Below, in pieces: positions 50,812 through 61,295 of a DNA stretch of 64,000 nucleotides. A program made the position numbers and the translations under genes. Position 1 is the stretch's first letter. The number at the start of each line of letters is the position of its first letter. The notes under the pieces are model-generated. The model saw only the letters and a program-made list of their open reading frames with translations, ran no database searches and had not been told where the DNA came from. The stretch comes from Patescibacteria group bacterium (GTDB lineage Bacteria; Patescibacteriota; Saccharimonadia; UBA4664), in assembly GCA_028288925.1 (NCBI GenBank), contig JAQGHG010000019.1, positions 8,047 through 72,046 of the forward strand, read 5' to 3'.

Positions 50812-51200
50812 AGCGAAACGCCCAACCACTGTGGTTGGGCGAATCTTATCTTGCCAGGCCAGTCATAAGCCGGATTCTGTCGAGGATGATCATCTATCTT
50901 GGGCTGGTGTTGCCATCAACCTCATGCGGCACGTACGCCAAAGCACGCGAGCAACGCCCCTTGCGGGTAGCTTCGGCAGCCTTGCAGCGGACGGGGTTTA
51001 CCTCCCGCACCGGTCACCCGGATTGGCTGTGCGCTCTTACCGCACTCGTTTCACCCTTACCCACCTTGCGGCGGGCGGTATCGTTTCTGTGGCACTTTCC
51101 CTACGGTCGCCCGCGGTTGCCGTTAGCAACCGTCCCGCTCTATGCTGTCCGGACTTTCCTCACCAGCCTTGCGGCCGGCGCGATCATCTTCTGGTCTGAC
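50812..51200 (-). ncRNA. rnpB: RNase P RNA (bacterial type A)
   Basis: Minus-strand conserved elements GGAAAGTCCGGAC (P4 5' strand), ACAGAAA, AAGGGTGAAACGAGTGCGGTAAGAGCGCAC (P10-P12 region) and ACAGAATCCGGCTTA (P4 3' strand). It ends in the perfect hairpin CGCCCAACCAC-TG-TGGTTGGGCG followed by TTTCGCTT. Confidence 0.85.
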
Positions 51201-51206
51201 ACACTT

Positions 51207-51234
51207 ACTATACCATAATAGTCTCAATTAACAA
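51207..51234 (-). promoter_or_regulatory. Putative rnpB promoter overlapping the carB stop codon
   Basis: On the minus strand: TTGTTA, a 16-nt spacer, then TATAGT, about 7 nt before the predicted 5' end. Confidence 0.4.
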
Positions 51235-54200
51235 CGACCCCGCGCACATATTCCGACCAATATTTTGGCTTCATGTGCTTGAGTTCTGGATTCGATAAGC
51301 AGCGCAACAGCAGCCTGCCGGTTTCAGCATTCGTTAGAAGCGGAACGTGATTATCGATCGCCAGACGGCGAATGGTATACGCGTCATCATTGCCTTCGGC
51401 CAATGACGGCACATTTATCATCAAACCGAATACTCTGTCCTTAATCGCCTCCGAAACACTTGGTTCCTTCTGATCCCGCACCTTATGAAGCTTTATCGAG
51501 GCGACACCGTGCCGCTCAAAGTAATCGTGCGTGCCCTCGGTCGTATAAATCTTCCAGCCGTCGGCCTGCAGAAGCCCCACTTCCTCGATGAATTTATGCT
51601 TCTGCTCATCGGGCAGGCTAATGAACACATTCTTCCCGACAACTTGCTGCTCGGTAGCCAGCCACGAAGTATAAAACGCCTCCTCGAGATTGGCGCCGAA
51701 GCAGGCTACCTCGCCGGTAGACGCCATCTCCACCCCTGCCACAGGATCGGCCCCCTTGAGGCGATTGTACGAAAATTGCGGGCTCTTCACCGCCACATGG
51801 TCGAGTTCCAGCGTTTGATACACCGTATCGTTCTTAATCCCGAGCATCGCGTCGGTAGCTATGCTTATGAAATTATGCCCCGACACCTTCGAGACAAACG
51901 GAAACGACCGCGACGCCCGAACATTACACTCAATGACCTTCAGCTCATTATCTTTAGCGATAAACTGAATATTAAACGGACCGGTGATGTTCAGATTCTC
52001 CACCACTTGCCTGGCGATAAACTTAGCCCGGCGCACCGTCTCCAAATACAGCCGCTGCGCCGGATACACCACCGTAGCGTCGCCCGAGTGAACACCAGCG
52101 TTTTCAATATGCTCAGCTATAGCGTAGATCAATAATTTGCCGTTTTGGGCCACGCCGTCTATCTCCAGCTCCTTGGCGTTCAGGATAAACCGCGAGATCA
52201 CCACGGGATGGTCGGGCGATAGCCGCGTAGCCTCTAGCAGGTAGCGCTTGAGCTCCTCCTCCGTCCGCACCACGTTCATCGCCCCACCCGAGAGCACATA
52301 CGACGGGCGGATCAGCAGCGGGTAACCAACCTTTCGCGCGAACTGTTTCGCGGCCTTCAGATCAGTCACCTCCTGCCATTCGGGCTGGTCGACGCCCAGC
52401 CGATTGAGCATCGAAGAAAATTTCTGCCGGTCCTCCGCGTTATCGATCTGCCGCGCCGGCGTACCCAGGATAGGATATTTGGCCCGCGCCAACGGCAGGG
52501 CCAGATTATTAGCTATCTGGCCACCCACCGACACCACGATACCCATGCCCTGCTCAAAGTCGGCTATGTCTTGCACCCGCTCCAGGGTAAGCTCCTCGAA
52601 GTAGAGCCGGTCCGAGCGGTCAAAGTCGGTGGAAACCGTCTCGGGGTTAGAGTTAATAATTACCGTCTTGTGGCCGCGCTTGGCCAAAGTCTTCGCCGTG
52701 TTCACCGCGCACCAGTCAAACTCGACCGACGATCCGATGCAGTAGGGCCCCGAGCCCAATATCGTCACCGCCTTCTTGCCTAGCGGCTTCACATCGTACG
52801 TCTCGCCATGATACGTAGTGTAAAGATAGTTGGTCTCGGCATCAAACTCGCCCGCCAGGGTGTCGATCTGCTTAATTACCGGAAGCACTCCCAGCTTAAG
52901 CCGGTTCTTTCTGATCTGGGTCTCGCTTGAACCCTTGATCTGTCCTATCGTCTTGTCCGAAAAACCCTGCTGTTTAGCCAAGCGCAGCAGCCCGGCTCGC
53001 AGCGGCTCACTCCCCAAGCGGCCCTCCATCACGTGAATCGCCGCTATGTGATGCAGAAACCATGTATCTATCTGAGAAAGCTCATGGATATCAACCACGG
53101 TTTTGCCCAGCTTCAACGCTTCATAAATCGCGAACAGCCGCCGGTCCGTCGCGCGGCTTATCTCGTCCAGCGGATCAGCAAACTCGTACGGATGAATGCT
53201 CAGCCCCTGTGCGCCAATATTGAGCATCCGAACGGCTTTTTGCAGCGCCTCCGGAAACGACCGGCCGATCGCCATCACCTCGCCCACACTCTTCATCTCG
53301 GAGCCGATGCGGTGGTCGCTGGCCTTGAGCTTGGCCAGGTCCCAGCGCGGCATCTTGACCGCGATGTAATCCAGCGCCGGCTCATAAAACGCCGATGTCG
53401 TCCCCGTCACAGAGTTCTTGAGCTCATGCAGCCGCTTGCCCAACATCAGCTTGGACGCCACGAAGGCCAGCGGATAGCCCGTAGCCTTCGAAGCCAGCGC
53501 GCTCGACCGGGACAGCCGCGCGTTCACTTCGATCACCCGGTAATCACCATCGGCCGGATTAAGCGCGTACTGGATATTACACTCGCCCACGATGCCCAAG
53601 TGATTAATCGTTGTAATGGCGACCTGCCGCAAATGATGATATTTCTCGTTAGTAAGCGTTTGCGACGGCGCCACCACGATGCTCTCCCCCGTGTGAATAC
53701 CCATCGGGTCGAAATTTTCCATGTTGCAGACGGCGATCGTGTTGCCGCCCTCGTCCCGCACGATTTCGTACTCCACTTCCTTCCACCCCGCCAAATACTC
53801 CTCGATGAGCACCTGCGGCACCGCCTTCATTACCTCGCCCACGCGCTGGCGCAATTCGGCCTCATTATCGATCCGGCCGGAGCCCAATCCCCCCAGGCTA
53901 AATCCCGAACGCAGCATCACCGGGTAGCCAATCGTATCCGCCGCCGCCAAGGCCTCGTTCAGATCATATGCCACCGCTCCGCGAGCGGTCTTCGTCCCGA
54001 TCTCAGCTAGAGCCTTCTTGAACAAGTCGCGGTCCTCGGTAATCTTAATCACCGGCACCGGTGTGCCCAAGACGTCTATCGCGAGCCTCTTAAACACCCC
54101 CAAATCGTAAAGTTCCAACCCTAGATTGAGCGCCGTCTGCCCACCGAAGCTCAACATTACCGCGTCTGGCCTCTCGCGCTCCAGAATCTTCGTCACTGTC

Positions 54201-54415
54201 GGCACATTCAGCGGCTGAAAATACACCCGGTCGGCCATGTCGTCATCCGTCTGTACGGTGGCAATATTCGGGTTGATGAGTACCGTGTAGATCCCCTCTT
54301 CCTTAAGCGCCTTAATGGCCTGCGAGCCCGAATAATCAAACTCCCCCGCCTGGCCGATGCGCAACCCGCCCGAGCCAAAAATAATTACTTTCTTCGGATG
54401 CTTCTTGATGCTCAT
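51224..54415 (-). CDS. carB: Carbamoyl-phosphate synthase large subunit
   Basis: 1063 aa with duplicated ATP-grasp domains, an oligomerisation domain and an MGS-like domain. Confidence 0.97.
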   Translation of the reverse strand: MSIKKHPKKVIIFGSGGLRIGQAGEFDYSGSQAIKALKEEGIYTVLINPNIATVQTDDDMADRVYFQPLNVPTVTKILERERPDAVMLSFGGQTALNLGLELYDLGVFKRLAIDVLGTPVPVIKITEDRDLFKKALAEIGTKTARGAVAYDLNEALAAADTIGYPVMLRSGFSLGGLGSGRIDNEAELRQRVGEVMKAVPQVLIEEYLAGWKEVEYEIVRDEGGNTIAVCNMENFDPMGIHTGESIVVAPSQTLTNEKYHHLRQVAITTINHLGIVGECNIQYALNPADGDYRVIEVNARLSRSSALASKATGYPLAFVASKLMLGKRLHELKNSVTGTTSAFYEPALDYIAVKMPRWDLAKLKASDHRIGSEMKSVGEVMAIGRSFPEALQKAVRMLNIGAQGLSIHPYEFADPLDEISRATDRRLFAIYEALKLGKTVVDIHELSQIDTWFLHHIAAIHVMEGRLGSEPLRAGLLRLAKQQGFSDKTIGQIKGSSETQIRKNRLKLGVLPVIKQIDTLAGEFDAETNYLYTTYHGETYDVKPLGKKAVTILGSGPYCIGSSVEFDWCAVNTAKTLAKRGHKTVIINSNPETVSTDFDRSDRLYFEELTLERVQDIADFEQGMGIVVSVGGQIANNLALPLARAKYPILGTPARQIDNAEDRQKFSSMLNRLGVDQPEWQEVTDLKAAKQFARKVGYPLLIRPSYVLSGGAMNVVRTEEELKRYLLEATRLSPDHPVVISRFILNAKELEIDGVAQNGKLLIYAIAEHIENAGVHSGDATVVYPAQRLYLETVRRAKFIARQVVENLNITGPFNIQFIAKDNELKVIECNVRASRSFPFVSKVSGHNFISIATDAMLGIKNDTVYQTLELDHVAVKSPQFSYNRLKGADPVAGVEMASTGEVACFGANLEEAFYTSWLATEQQVVGKNVFISLPDEQKHKFIEEVGLLQADGWKIYTTEGTHDYFERHGVASIKLHKVRDQKEPSVSEAIKDRVFGLMINVPSLAEGNDDAYTIRRLAIDNHVPLLTNAETGRLLLRCLSNPELKHMKPKYWSEYVRGVVVN

Positions 54416-55515
54416 AACGACGTGTAAAACCTTTCAAATAACCACTCCGTGTCAGTCGGTCCGGGACATGCTTCGGGATGAAACTGCACCGAGAAAAACG
54501 GCTTAGTCCGATGCGCGATACCTTCCACCGACTGGTCGTTCAGATTTCGAAACGACACGAACCACCCTTTCGGAAGAGACGCTTCGTCGATCGCGTAGCC
54601 GTGGTTTTGGCTCGTTATAAATCCGCGGGTCGTATCGGTCTCCAAGCACGGCTGGTTATGCCCACGGTGCCCATACTTCAACTTGTAGGTTTTGGCGCCG
54701 GCCGCCAGCCCCATGATCTGGCTACCCAGACAGATCCCAAATGTCGGCTTCCCCAGCTTGAGCGCCTTTCGCGCGTTATCAATCGTAGCCGGATAATCGG
54801 TAGGATCCCCCGGACCATTAGACAGCAACACGCCATCATAGGCCTCATTCGTGTAGTCATAATCGCACGGTACGCGCTTCACCTGCACCGGCAACTCAAG
54901 CAACGACCGCAGGATGTTCTTTTTTGACCCGCAATCTACCAAAACCACCTTCTTAGAAAATTGTTCATTATAAAGAACCGGGCTTTCTATAAATACGCGC
55001 TTCTGCTCCGCCAAAACGCCCTTCGGCCTTATAGCATTAATACCTATCGAACCCGCCATAGTACCCTTCACTCTCAGGTGCTTCGTAAGCGCCCGGGTAT
55101 CCACGCCCATCAAGATCGGGATATTCTGCGAGCGCAGCCACTCCAGCAATGACCGGTCCGCGACCGAGTGGCTCCACCGCGAGGCCGCTTCGCTCACGAT
55201 CACGCCGCTTACCTGGATCTTGTCCGACTCAGCCCACTGCGTTCCCACCCCGTAATTGCCAATCAGCGGATACGTAAACATGAGGATCTGGCCGGCATAA
55301 GATGGATCCGTCAGAGACTCCACGTAGCCGGTCATACCCGTATTGAACACCACTTCTCCGGTATGGACGCCTGCTTGCCCCGCCGGTACAACCCCGTTAA
55401 AAATCATACCGTCGGCCAAGACTACACGAGCTGCCTGGGATTTAAAAAAATCGCCCCTTTCGGAGCGATTCCTATGCGTTGCGGTATTCTTGATGATCGG
55501 TAATTTTTTATTCAC
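54412..55515 (-). CDS. carA: Carbamoyl-phosphate synthase small subunit (glutamine amidotransferase)
   Basis: CPSase small-subunit N-terminal domain and a class I GATase (GICLGSQ catalytic Cys). 4-nt overlap with carB. Confidence 0.95.
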   Translation of the reverse strand: MNKKLPIIKNTATHRNRSERGDFFKSQAARVVLADGMIFNGVVPAGQAGVHTGEVVFNTGMTGYVESLTDPSYAGQILMFTYPLIGNYGVGTQWAESDKIQVSGVIVSEAASRWSHSVADRSLLEWLRSQNIPILMGVDTRALTKHLRVKGTMAGSIGINAIRPKGVLAEQKRVFIESPVLYNEQFSKKVVLVDCGSKKNILRSLLELPVQVKRVPCDYDYTNEAYDGVLLSNGPGDPTDYPATIDNARKALKLGKPTFGICLGSQIMGLAAGAKTYKLKYGHRGHNQPCLETDTTRGFITSQNHGYAIDEASLPKGWFVSFRNLNDQSVEGIAHRTKPFFSVQFHPEACPGPTDTEWLFERFYTSL

Positions 55516-55620
55516 ACTTCCATGAAATTAACAGACCAATCAGTTAAGCGCAAGTATTTTGGCGCGGTATTTCGTCATTCATTGTAAAAATTACAATAAT
55601 GCTCATGCTTAAGCCGCTTG

Positions 55621-56241
55621 CTATGCCGCCGATACATCCGCCGATACATCCACAAACTGGTCCCATTCACGCGCCTTCGCCCGGCGGTACTGGGCATACT
55701 GATCGAGCGGTACATGGTGCGCATGGGTCGGGTCCTCCAGCCGGTCGATGAACAAATGCCCGTTCAAATGATCAATCTCATGCTGCGCCAGAGCCGCCGG
55801 CCAGCCGGTAAGCTTGAGCTCCAGCTCATTGCCCGAACGGTCCATCGCCCGCACCCGCACCGTCCGTGGCCGGCGCGTCACACCCCACACCGTTTCGAAA
55901 TTCACGCAACCCTCAGGCTTCTCGGTCCGCGCCTTCGACGTCCATACCACCCGCGGATTCACCAGTACATGGATATCGGTATAACCCTTGCGGCCAATAG
56001 AGAGATCCAATACGCAAATCTGCTTCATAATGCCCACCTGATTGGCCGAGAGCCCCACCGTGTTCGGCTGGCTGCGGTCGCGCCGCCCACCCGTCCCCGC
56101 CGTCTTCACGCTCGCGCCGTACACAAAGTCCAGCAGTGCCTCGATCTCCAATTGCTGCTGTCGGTCCCGCAACGCCGTCCGGGGCACCACGGCACACACC
56201 TGCCGCAATCGGGGGTCGTGTTGATCAAGTGGCGTCAGTGT
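55621..56241 (-). CDS. def: Peptide deformylase
   Basis: All three PDF motifs are present: GLSANQVG, EGCVNF and QHEIDHLNG. Confidence 0.9.
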   Translation of the reverse strand, partial: TLTPLDQHDPRLRQVCAVVPRTALRDRQQQLEIEALLDFVYGASVKTAGTGGRRDRSQPNTVGLSANQVGIMKQICVLDLSIGRKGYTDIHVLVNPRVVWTSKARTEKPEGCVNFETVWGVTRRPRTVRVRAMDRSGNELELKLTGWPAALAQHEIDHLNGHLFIDRLEDPTHAHHVPLDQYAQYRRAKAREWDQFVDVSADVSAA

Positions 56242-56343
56242 CATAAGACCCACGATAGCGTCCCAAAATGCTTGCTGACAAGCCTGATAAATCCGGTAGG
56301 GTGGCCGCGATCCGATGCACCAAACACCGGATCGGCCACCGCC

Positions 56344-57360
56344 CTACTTGGGCAACAAGCCCCCATAGAGCAGGAGGTAGTCGGGGTAGAGGTCCGCGGC
56401 GTGGCCGTTGGTATCCTTTCCCTTCGGGTCCACGATGTCGTGCCCCAGTCCCCATGCAGGAGGCGGAACAAAAATCAGCGAGTGCGGCGACACCAAGGTA
56501 GCGACCGATCGCGCCAAGTCCTGATCGATGACCTGATCGCCCGCCGAGAGCACCATGCCCGCCGACAGCAAAGGTGGCTGCGGATGATGGCCCCCAAAGT
56601 TCTGGGCGATCCTCACGTACTGCGCCAAGGCGTGGTACGAGAGCTGATCCGGGTTGAACTTGTCCGGCGCGATGCCATAGCCATACAGCACCAGAAAGAA
56701 CGGCACCACCATCTTGGACGTCTGACTCGCCGAGGGCTCGTAAAACGGCGAGAGAATCAGCGCGCGCCGCACCACATCGGCACGGTACAGTGCACTCCAC
56801 GTCGCCAGCACGCCACCGCCGGACAAGCCGGCCACGCCTACTTCCTTGCCCAGACCGCTACCCAGCGTCACCGCTTGGTCGGCATAGGCCACCAGACCCT
56901 GAGCCGTCACATGCGCATGAGCCAGACGGTCCGTCAGACCATGGTATGGGGCTTTCGGCACGTAGACGTTGAAGCCCCGGTCGTAGAAGGATTTGGCCAG
57001 CGCAGAAAACTCCTCCGGGCAGTTGGAATACCCGTGGAACATAACTACGGCCTGGTTGGCTGGGACGCGAGTACCATGCAGCCAGAGCTGGCTCCGGCAT
57101 TCCGGCCGCACCGCCGGATCTCGCTTCTCGCGCTGCTGGATACTGCGAATATCGCTCACAGATTGCGCAAAGCCACTACGCTTTCCGCTGCCATGCTGCA
57201 AGCTCGCATCGTGGGTCGCCTTGAAATGCAAATACAAGGCCCCATACACCACAGCGTGCAGCGTAAACGCGAGCATCACTGCAAGTATCACCGCGAACAC
57301 GCGCAGCTTACGCTTCAACCACCTAGGCAAGGTCCACCGCCTTCCTTTAATGAGGGACAC
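56344..57360 (-). CDS. Alpha/beta-hydrolase-fold esterase/lipase, membrane-anchored
   Basis: N-terminal TM helix and a GLSGGG nucleophile elbow (GxSxG). Confidence 0.75.
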   Translation of the reverse strand: MSLIKGRRWTLPRWLKRKLRVFAVILAVMLAFTLHAVVYGALYLHFKATHDASLQHGSGKRSGFAQSVSDIRSIQQREKRDPAVRPECRSQLWLHGTRVPANQAVVMFHGYSNCPEEFSALAKSFYDRGFNVYVPKAPYHGLTDRLAHAHVTAQGLVAYADQAVTLGSGLGKEVGVAGLSGGGVLATWSALYRADVVRRALILSPFYEPSASQTSKMVVPFFLVLYGYGIAPDKFNPDQLSYHALAQYVRIAQNFGGHHPQPPLLSAGMVLSAGDQVIDQDLARSVATLVSPHSLIFVPPPAWGLGHDIVDPKGKDTNGHAADLYPDYLLLYGGLLPK

Positions 57361-57419
57361 TCTTTATTAACGCATCCATCACTTTCGCAAACAAGCACAA
57401 ATTGACCATCGAACGCAGG

Positions 57420-57866
57420 TTAGAGCTGTGCCAACATATCAAACAGCCGCTTCGTAGCTGGTCGCCACAGTTCAATCAAATCCGGATCCTCCGCGCTTTT
57501 GATCTCGGCCCAACCTTGCCCCTCATAAACCTCCATACCCTCAAGCTCCTCGTCCGAAACCTTGGCGTAATAGAAGTGCCGCACTTCCCACTCATCGGTC
57601 AGCTTACGCCATGCCACATCATCAAACAGATGAATAACGGCTGATGGTTCTAATTTGAGGTTAGTTTCCTCTTGCACAAGTTCCCGCCAGGCCGCTGCCT
57701 GAGCATCTTCCCCAGGCTCAACGGTCCCGCCAAACGTGCCTATCTTATTTGGGTTGTCGATCGTCGGCTTATTATCGCGTCGCTGACCAACAACTTTATT
57801 TGAGTCAGTTATTAAAAAGACTCCCGCGTAATGATGATCAATTGTCTCGATCGGTGGTTGATTCAT
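57420..57866 (-). CDS. NUDIX hydrolase
   Basis: Nudix box GGTVEPGEDAQAAAWRELVQEETNL. Confidence 0.8.
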   Translation of the reverse strand: MNQPPIETIDHHYAGVFLITDSNKVVGQRRDNKPTIDNPNKIGTFGGTVEPGEDAQAAAWRELVQEETNLKLEPSAVIHLFDDVAWRKLTDEWEVRHFYYAKVSDEELEGMEVYEGQGWAEIKSAEDPDLIELWRPATKRLFDMLAQL

Positions 57867-57921
57867 GGGATGAGTATAGCAAAAAGAGACCTGCGTGGGT
57901 CTCTTTTTTAAGAATAATTCC

Positions 57922-57997
57922 TGGTCGGGGTGACAGGGCTCGAACCTGCGACCTCACGGCCCCCAGCCGTACGCGCTACCAACTGCGCCACACCCCG
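57922..57997 (-). tRNA. tRNA-Pro, anticodon GGG, with encoded CCA
   Basis: The reverse complement reads CGGGGTGTGGCGCAGTTGGTAGCGCGTACGGCTGGGGGCCGTGAGGTCGCAGGTTCGAGCCCTGTCACCCCGACCA. The anticodon loop CTGGGGG gives GGG at positions 34-36. Confidence 0.9.
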
Positions 57998-58118
57998 ACG
58001 TGTTAACTCGAATAGTATGCCTTAATTCCGCCCTTTAGACAACCCTTACGTAAAGGCGCCCCCTCGTCCAGCATAGGACAAGGGAGCGCCTGCGGGTATG
58101 AAACGGAGAGCGCCACCC

Positions 58119-58898
58119 CTACACGAGGTAGACGGTGTCGCCGACAGCGACGCAGCCGGGATCGACCACGGCCAGATAGACGCCCAGGTAAGCTTCGTCG
58201 CCATCACACGCCTGCTGCATGTCTCGGAGCAGTCGCCCGTCGAACGCCACGCCGGGCTGGGCCATGCGCGTCATGGGGCAACGGACAGTTCGCTTGCGAC
58301 CAACGAAGGTAACCGTACCGATCCGAACGGTCCGCCCCACCATCATCTGCTCCGGAGAGTCCCCGAGCTTATCGCTCGCCTCCACGAAGAGGTTGGGGCG
58401 GAAGCGTTCAACCTCCAGAACCTCCCGCCTGCAGTCCCGGGCCATCGTGGCCAACGAGACGTCGGTCAGCAGAGACACGGGGCTGGAATCCACGCCGGCG
58501 CCCGGCCGGAGACTGAACCTGAAGTTCGTCGGCCGCTCCTGCAATCCGGCGCCCAGAGCGACGAGCTGAACTTCAGTACCCAGCCAGGCCGACACCAGCT
58601 CATCAGCGTCGGGACCCGGCGCCTCCAGAGCCGACTGGGCCAAATCATCCCGCGGCTGGATGATGATCCGGCCGGAAGGATCGATACAGGCGCCCAGCTC
58701 AAGCAGAGCTGCGCCGGCCGGAGCTTTCGCCGTCACGATCTGCTCGGTAGCGGGATTGTACACCGCCAAGTGGCGGTCGCCCACCACGCCCCGGCTGGTA
58801 ACCGACAATTCGGGCAAACCCCACTCGCCGGCCATCGATTTGACCGGAAACCGCGCGGCCCTACTAAGAACACCAAACTCCTGCATGGCACACTCCAA
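58119..58898 (-). CDS. MOSC-domain protein (MOSC beta-barrel plus MOSC)
   Basis: N-terminal motif L.RYPVKS-like (LSRAARFPVKSMAGE) and a MOSC core with a conserved Cys near the C-terminus. Confidence 0.7.
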   Translation of the reverse strand: MECAMQEFGVLSRAARFPVKSMAGEWGLPELSVTSRGVVGDRHLAVYNPATEQIVTAKAPAGAALLELGACIDPSGRIIIQPRDDLAQSALEAPGPDADELVSAWLGTEVQLVALGAGLQERPTNFRFSLRPGAGVDSSPVSLLTDVSLATMARDCRREVLEVERFRPNLFVEASDKLGDSPEQMMVGRTVRIGTVTFVGRKRTVRCPMTRMAQPGVAFDGRLLRDMQQACDGDEAYLGVYLAVVDPGCVAVGDTVYLV

Positions 58899-59061
58899 TG
58901 CGTACTCGGGAAAAAGCCGTGGATGATAACGATTGAACCATATCGCCCCCTCCGGAACAAGCCTGCACCATTCTTAGCATTGACAAAAGAAGAATTATCG
59001 CATACAATAATACAGCCTCAAACGGGCACATCCACCCACAAACCGGCCCAACGCCGGCAGA

Positions 59062-59433
59062 ATGGAGCACCAAGTGCGCATCAGGAAACTCCTCCCCGCC
59101 TTCGTCACCCGCCACTTCCCCACCCGGGAGGAGGTCGCCGAGGCGGTAGCCTTCTGCCTCAGGATGGGCGGCTACAGGCTCCTGGACTACGACCGGAGCG
59201 GCGTCCTGGTGGTAGCGGTGCCGGCGAACCCGCTCAACGGCCAGGTGGTCATCACCCAGAGCGGCCTTCGCATCACCGTGACCACCAACACCGACCACGG
59301 CTTCAACGGCCCCGGCCGGCTGAAGGCCATCCAGGGCCACTTCAAGGAGTACTTCCTGTGGGCTCCCTTGGTCAAGGTCATCGATGACCCGCAGGTCGTG
59401 ATGCTCCCCACCGAGCCCACCGAAGCCCCCTAG
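59062..59433 (+). CDS. Hypothetical protein (123 aa)
   Basis: ORF with consistent GC-rich third codon positions, lying between the MOSC and EamA genes. No domain recognised. Confidence 0.45.
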   Translation: MEHQVRIRKLLPAFVTRHFPTREEVAEAVAFCLRMGGYRLLDYDRSGVLVVAVPANPLNGQVVITQSGLRITVTTNTDHGFNGPGRLKAIQGHFKEYFLWAPLVKVIDDPQVVMLPTEPTEAP

Positions 59434-59455
59434 GGCAGCTCCGCCCCACCAACCA

Positions 59456-59489
59456 GAGACCGCGAACCCTTCACCGGGTTCGCGGTCTC
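59456..59489. terminator. Perfect 14-bp inverted-repeat hairpin between convergent genes (putative bidirectional terminator)
   Basis: GAGACCGCGAACCC – ttcacc – GGGTTCGCGGTCTC. There is no strong U-tract. Confidence 0.45.
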
Positions 59490-59490
59490 A

Positions 59491-60416
59491 TTACGTTAAT
59501 TCCTCGATTCGCGGGGTGCTATGAGCATCCAGCGCGCTAATCACATAGGCGCAACCCAAGATAATCACCGCTCCCGCCAGCTCCAAAGGCGCCGGCACTT
59601 CGCCGTAAAACATCAGCCCCACCACCAGCGCAAACACTCCCTCAAGCAGCAAGATATTACCCGCCACGTAGGCCTTCAAGTGCGCGAATATATAATTAAT
59701 CGCTACCAAGCTCACCACATTAAGCACCACCGAAAGCGCCAGACCAATCCAAGCCACCGCGCTCACATGCGCCAGCGCCAGCGGCTCCCCCAGCGCCAAC
59801 GATATGATAAACAACGGAATCCACCCCAAGAGCAGTAAAATCGTCGTGTTTTGATAATTATTAAACACCGGCCGGTGATACCGCGACATCAGGTAGCCTA
59901 CGTCAAAGCCCAGCATGCAGATGATGGCCGCGACCTCGCCCACCCCCAGATGAAAATCCGTTAAACTAGCCCCGGTTATCAAAAATAGTCCCAACACCGA
60001 AAGTCCAATAAACGGCAGCGTCACCCAACGAACCTTCTCCCGGAACATCAGCCAGCCCAACATGCCCATGATCGGCAGCGACGACACAAACGACACCGTA
60101 CTGAGCTGGCGTGCATCACCGCGATCGTCACACCCGCCACCCCGATGGTGTAGGCTACAAACGCGCGGGCCGCATACAGCCACCAATCCCTGGGAGTAAT
60201 CCCCCGCAGCACCTCGCGGCTAAAATGCCGCCGGAACACCACCGCCGCCACCACTCCAGCCAGCAAAATCCGCAAATACACCTGCTGAAACGTCCCGAAG
60301 CTACCCGCCATCATGCGAATCCACACACCCATCGACACAAACAACACCGCCAAGGCAATAGCGGCGAGCATAGGTTTAAATTGAGGGTGTGACCGGTTGA
60401 ACATAAAAAATAGCAA
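59491..60416 (-). pseudogene. EamA/DMT-family transporter split by a frameshift near 60095-60115
   Basis: The N-terminal half (ORF 60048-60416) and the C-terminal half (ORF 59491-60186) are both EamA-like but in different frames, and they overlap. Confidence 0.6.
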
Positions 60417-60579
60417 GACTCCGCGACCACCGTCTGGCTCACCAACTTTTCCCTGCGAATCGCAGGTGGGTGCCCTCAGTCACTAGGTCCACGGACCAGG
60501 ACAATCTTAGGCTCCCGTTGGTAACAGTACAGAGAAAAATTATGTACGCCGACACGTATGGCGCAGAGTCGTATCTATA

Positions 60580-61200
60580 TTAAGGGAGAGGACCGGAGGG
60601 CACAAGCAGCTGCACGATCGCTATGGTAATTTTGGCAACGACAGGCGCGATAAACTGGTAGCCCAAGAGCATTACCAGCAGCAGCACCACAAAGCCCGCT
60701 CGCTCGATGCGATCCATCACATCACGCACGCTCTCCGGCGCTACCGCGTACAACACCCGCGAGCCATCCAGGGGCGGGAACGGAATGAGGTTAAATACGC
60801 CTAAGCCCACGTTGACCACAATGATAGCGCCATAAAAAAGTGCCGCCGTCGGATTATACGGCACAATATGCGCCCACAGCGCGAAGAAGCCGGCGATCAA
60901 GAAGTTGGTGCCCGGACCGGCCGCCGCCACCGCCGCCGCGCCCCACCGGCCGCCCCGCAACGCCCAAGGATTAAACGGCACCGGTTTGGCCGCCGCGAAC
61001 ACCACCGGCGAATGCGCGAATATCAGCAGTAGCGGCAAGAGAAGCGTCGCGATAGGATCGATATGCGCCAGCGGATTGAGCGTGAGCCTCCCGTGCTCCT
61101 TAGCGGTCGTATCACCCAAATGATGCCCCATGAGCGCGTGCGCGAACTCATGAAGTGTCAGGCCAAATATCAGGGCTACAAGCTGCGCGATTAATTCCAT
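60580..61200 (-). CDS. Site-2-protease-family (M50) membrane metalloprotease, short form
   Basis: HEFAH (HExxH) in TM1 and a downstream LDG motif (FPPLDGSRV). Confidence 0.8.
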   Translation of the reverse strand: MELIAQLVALIFGLTLHEFAHALMGHHLGDTTAKEHGRLTLNPLAHIDPIATLLLPLLLIFAHSPVVFAAAKPVPFNPWALRGGRWGAAAVAAAGPGTNFLIAGFFALWAHIVPYNPTAALFYGAIIVVNVGLGVFNLIPFPPLDGSRVLYAVAPESVRDVMDRIERAGFVVLLLVMLLGYQFIAPVVAKITIAIVQLLVPSGPLP

Positions 61201-61295
61201 GAAATCATTATAGCATTGGGGGTCTTATCATCTGTGAGCTCGATACCGAAGATCAGCGGAGTGGGCTTTCTTTTCGTTTGTTATACTCGAAGAAC

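Noticed and set aside
50802-51218. ORFs of 138 and 122 aa (plus strand) in the carB/sugar-transferase spacer
   Set aside because: The region is RNase P RNA (rnpB) on the minus strand, and the ORFs are chance reading frames.
55618-57405. 595-aa plus-strand ORF spanning the def and alpha/beta-hydrolase loci
   Set aside because: It is antisense to two well-supported genes (the PDF motifs and the GxSxG motif are on the minus strand), and its translation is Arg/His/Pro-rich nonsense.
58098-59387. 429-aa plus-strand ORF over the MOSC gene
   Set aside because: It is antisense to the MOSC-domain gene, its translation is Arg/Pro/Gly-rich low-complexity sequence, and it has no plausible start context.
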